DNA of 64,000 bases from an uncultured Phycisphaerales bacterium (GTDB lineage: Bacteria > Planctomycetota > Phycisphaerae > Tepidisphaerales > Tepidisphaeraceae), in assembly GCA_963755915.1 (NCBI GenBank), contig CAVWLP010000002.1, positions 2,016,001 through 2,080,000 of the forward strand, given 5' to 3'. A model generated the notes under the pieces. The model did not search any database. It was given only the letters and a program-made list of their open reading frames with translations, and had not been told where the DNA came from. Numbering within the stretch: position 1 is the stretch's first letter; each line of letters begins with the position of its first letter. Both the position numbers and the translations under genes were made by a program. Shown one piece after another: positions 61,793 through 64,000 of the stretch.

Positions 61793-63136
61793 ATGAACGA
61801 CTGGAGCGACGCCGAGCGACGGGTCGAAAAGGCCCAGCAGTTCTTCGAGCAGCGCAAATGGTCTGAAGCGCTGCGCGAAATTCGCCTTGCTACAAACATA
61901 AATCCCTACAACTCTTCCTGGTTCTTCAACATGGGCCTCATCCTCGATGAGATGGGCCGTTTCGAAGAAGCACTCGAAGCCTACCGCCAGGCCGACCAGA
62001 TCGACCCCGACGACGTTCAAACCCTCAACCACCTCGGCTTCGACCTCTTCCGCACCGGACGCCTCGACAAGGCCATCGAGACCTTCGACCGAATTCAGGA
62101 AATCGACGCCTCCTTTGAGCCCGCCTATTGCAACCGCATCATCGCTTACGCCCAGCGCGGAGACCACGACCTTGCCGAGGAAATGTTCTACACCGCCCGC
62201 CTTTACAAAGAGAACTGCCCCCATTGCTACTACTACATGGGTTGCAGCCTCGACCTCCGCGGGCTTTACGACAAGGCAATCTACTGCTGGATGCGCTCCC
62301 TCGACCTCCAGGGCGCCCACAGCGACGTCCACGTCCGCATCGGTCACGCCTACCGCAAAAAGGGCGACCTCGAACAAGCCCGCCTGCATCTCCTCGACGA
62401 TCTCCGCATGAACCCCGGCCGCACCCAGACCCTGCTCGATCTGGGCGACCTGCTGATCTCCATGGACCGGCTCAACGATGCCGATGCAAAATTCAAGGGC
62501 GCCATCGAACTCGCCCCCAGCGAGCCCGGTGGCTATTACCACCGCGGCCGGCTCCTCCTCCGCATGAACCGCGACGATGAAGCCGCCAAGGCCTTCTCCA
62601 TGGCCCTCCATCTCGATCCCACCTTCCCCGGCGCACACATGGGCCTCGGCCGCATCAGCTTCCGCCGTGGCGAGCTTGGCGCCGCCCGCAGCCGCTTCCG
62701 CGCCGAACTTCAGCTTCGACCCGACGATCCCCGCCTCCTCCTCGAACTGGCAAACTTACTCATGGACACCGGCGAAAGCCGCACCGCGCTCGCCTGCCTC
62801 AAATGGCTCGTCGCCATGAACCCCCGCGAAGTCAGCGGCTGGCTGAACCTCGCCGTCGCCCAGTTCTCCCGCGGCCACTACAGCGAAGGCATCACCAGTT
62901 GCATGACCGCACTCGCCAAAGAGCCCGGCAACGTCACCGCCATGTACAACCTCGGCCTCGCCCACGAACGCCTCGGCCAGCACGACGCCGCGATGCAATG
63001 GGTCCGCGAAGCCCGCGCCAAGGACTCCCGCGACATCGCCCTCCAACGCCTCGAATTCCGCCTCCGCGTCCTCAACCTCAAACGCCGCGTCGAGGTTTCC
63101 ATCCAGCAATACACCCGCTGGCTCCGCGTGTGGTGA
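61793..63136 (+). CDS. Tetratricopeptide repeat protein
   Basis: Many TPR units (WFNMG.IL, EA..AY.A..DP, YNLGLA). Confidence 0.88.
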   Translation: MNDWSDAERRVEKAQQFFEQRKWSEALREIRLATNINPYNSSWFFNMGLILDEMGRFEEALEAYRQADQIDPDDVQTLNHLGFDLFRTGRLDKAIETFDRIQEIDASFEPAYCNRIIAYAQRGDHDLAEEMFYTARLYKENCPHCYYYMGCSLDLRGLYDKAIYCWMRSLDLQGAHSDVHVRIGHAYRKKGDLEQARLHLLDDLRMNPGRTQTLLDLGDLLISMDRLNDADAKFKGAIELAPSEPGGYYHRGRLLLRMNRDDEAAKAFSMALHLDPTFPGAHMGLGRISFRRGELGAARSRFRAELQLRPDDPRLLLELANLLMDTGESRTALACLKWLVAMNPREVSGWLNLAVAQFSRGHYSEGITSCMTALAKEPGNVTAMYNLGLAHERLGQHDAAMQWVREARAKDSRDIALQRLEFRLRVLNLKRRVEVSIQQYTRWLRVW

Positions 63137-63141
63137 AACCC

Positions 63142-64000
63142 CTACTCCACCTTCGCCACGATCATCGTCACGTCATCCGTCGGCTTCGCCAGCCCGGTAA
63201 ATTTCCGCATCGACCATAAAATCGAATCGATGATCGCCTCCGCCGTCGGGCCGCCCTGTGAAAAAACTTCCACGATCCGCTGCCGCCCGAATCGCTCCTG
63301 CTCGAAATTCATCGCGTCCATCAGCCCGTCCGTGTAGAGCAACAGCGTGTCCCCGCTGCGCATGTCCACCAGCGACTGCGTGTAGAGCTCATTGGGATCG
63401 ACGCCCAAAACCATGTTGTCGCTTCCCAGCTCGATGATCTTCCCCTCGCGCAAAATCAGTCCCGGCGGATGCCCGGCGTTGCAATACGTCAGCCGCCGGT
63501 TCCGACCGTCCAGCACGCCATAAAACAGCGTCACAAATTCCCCAGGCGTGCTGTCCCGTAACATCATCAGGTTAATCCGCCGCAGCACCTCGTACAGGTA
63601 ATACACGTTGTCCACCTGCGCCCGCAGCGCCGCCCGCACCGCCGCCATCGTCAAGCTCGCCGGCACACCCTTGCCGCTTACGTCCGCGATCACCATCCCC
63701 AGGTTGTTGTACGGCAGCTCGATAAAATCATAAAAATCCCCCCCCAGCTCATAGCACGGCACATAAACCGCCGCCAGGTCGATCCCCGGAATCGCCGGCG
63801 GTTTCGCCGGGATCATCCGATGTTGCACCTCCGCCGCCATCTGCACCTGCCGCTCCAGCGCCTCCGACTGCAGCGTTTCCTGCACGAGCCGCGCGTTTTC
63901 AATCGCCGCCGCCGCCTGTGCCGCCACCGCCTTCAGCAGGTCGATCTGAAACTGCGTGAAGGTCTGTTCCTGCGCCGTATAAACTCGCAAAACGCCAATG
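63142..64000 (-). CDS. GAF + SpoIIE/PP2C (RsbU-like) phosphatase, 5'-truncated by window edge
   Basis: LGGDFYD, ADVSGKG.PA, NAGHPP, LYTDG, DDVT; upstream AAAIENARL. Confidence 0.9.
   Translation of the reverse strand, partial: IGVLRVYTAQEQTFTQFQIDLLKAVAAQAAAAIENARLVQETLQSEALERQVQMAAEVQHRMIPAKPPAIPGIDLAAVYVPCYELGGDFYDFIELPYNNLGMVIADVSGKGVPASLTMAAVRAALRAQVDNVYYLYEVLRRINLMMLRDSTPGEFVTLFYGVLDGRNRRLTYCNAGHPPGLILREGKIIELGSDNMVLGVDPNELYTQSLVDMRSGDTLLLYTDGLMDAMNFEQERFGRQRIVEVFSQGGPTAEAIIDSILWSMRKFTGLAKPTDDVTMIVAKVE

Noticed and set aside
1061-63219. Many long alternative-frame and antisense ORFs rich in Pro/Arg/Gly
   Set aside because: Shadow ORFs caused by high GC and strand skew over recognisable genes.
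1-64000. CRISPR array, tRNA, rRNA, intact transposase, integrase or reverse transcriptase
   Set aside because: No regularly spaced direct repeats, cloverleaf motifs or catalytic signatures were seen by eye.

Overview
64 kb of GC-rich bacterial chromosome, most likely a planctomycete of the Phycisphaerae/Tepidisphaerales type. This is inferred from the PEP-CTERM proteins, the CxxCGYDLRATPDRCPECG membrane-protein family, LPS genes and an archaeal/eukaryote-type ProRS. About 15 genes, some essential, are split by 1-2 nt indels in homopolymer runs, which suggests long-read assembly error rather than true pseudogenes. Envelope genes: lipid A acyltransferase, GT2/GT4/GT39/GT47 glycosyltransferases, a rfbF-rfbG-C-methyltransferase-rfbC-reductase branched-sugar operon, ugd, wecA-like, lptF/G and kdsB. 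Housekeeping genes: trpC, proS, glyA, pyrG, dapF, mrp, pepA, nadK, a cyclophilin and SRP RNA. There are also two type II TA pairs, a partner-switching module and at least four families of dispersed palindromic repeats. Best leads: (1) an accessory island (~12.2-19.1 kb) with three paralogous leaderless membrane/zinc-ribbon genes that have variable middles and share a 3' DNA motif read in three different frames, suggesting non-integron mobile cassettes; (2) a HEPN plus BolA-like gene pair inserted between glyA and proS; (3) a sensor-less sigma54 activator with three candidate enhancer boxes and a -24/-12 promoter ahead of a pseudo-receiver, a small protein, an exostosin glycosyltransferase and two PEP-CTERM genes; (4) a ~128-nt dispersed element with a compensatory base change.
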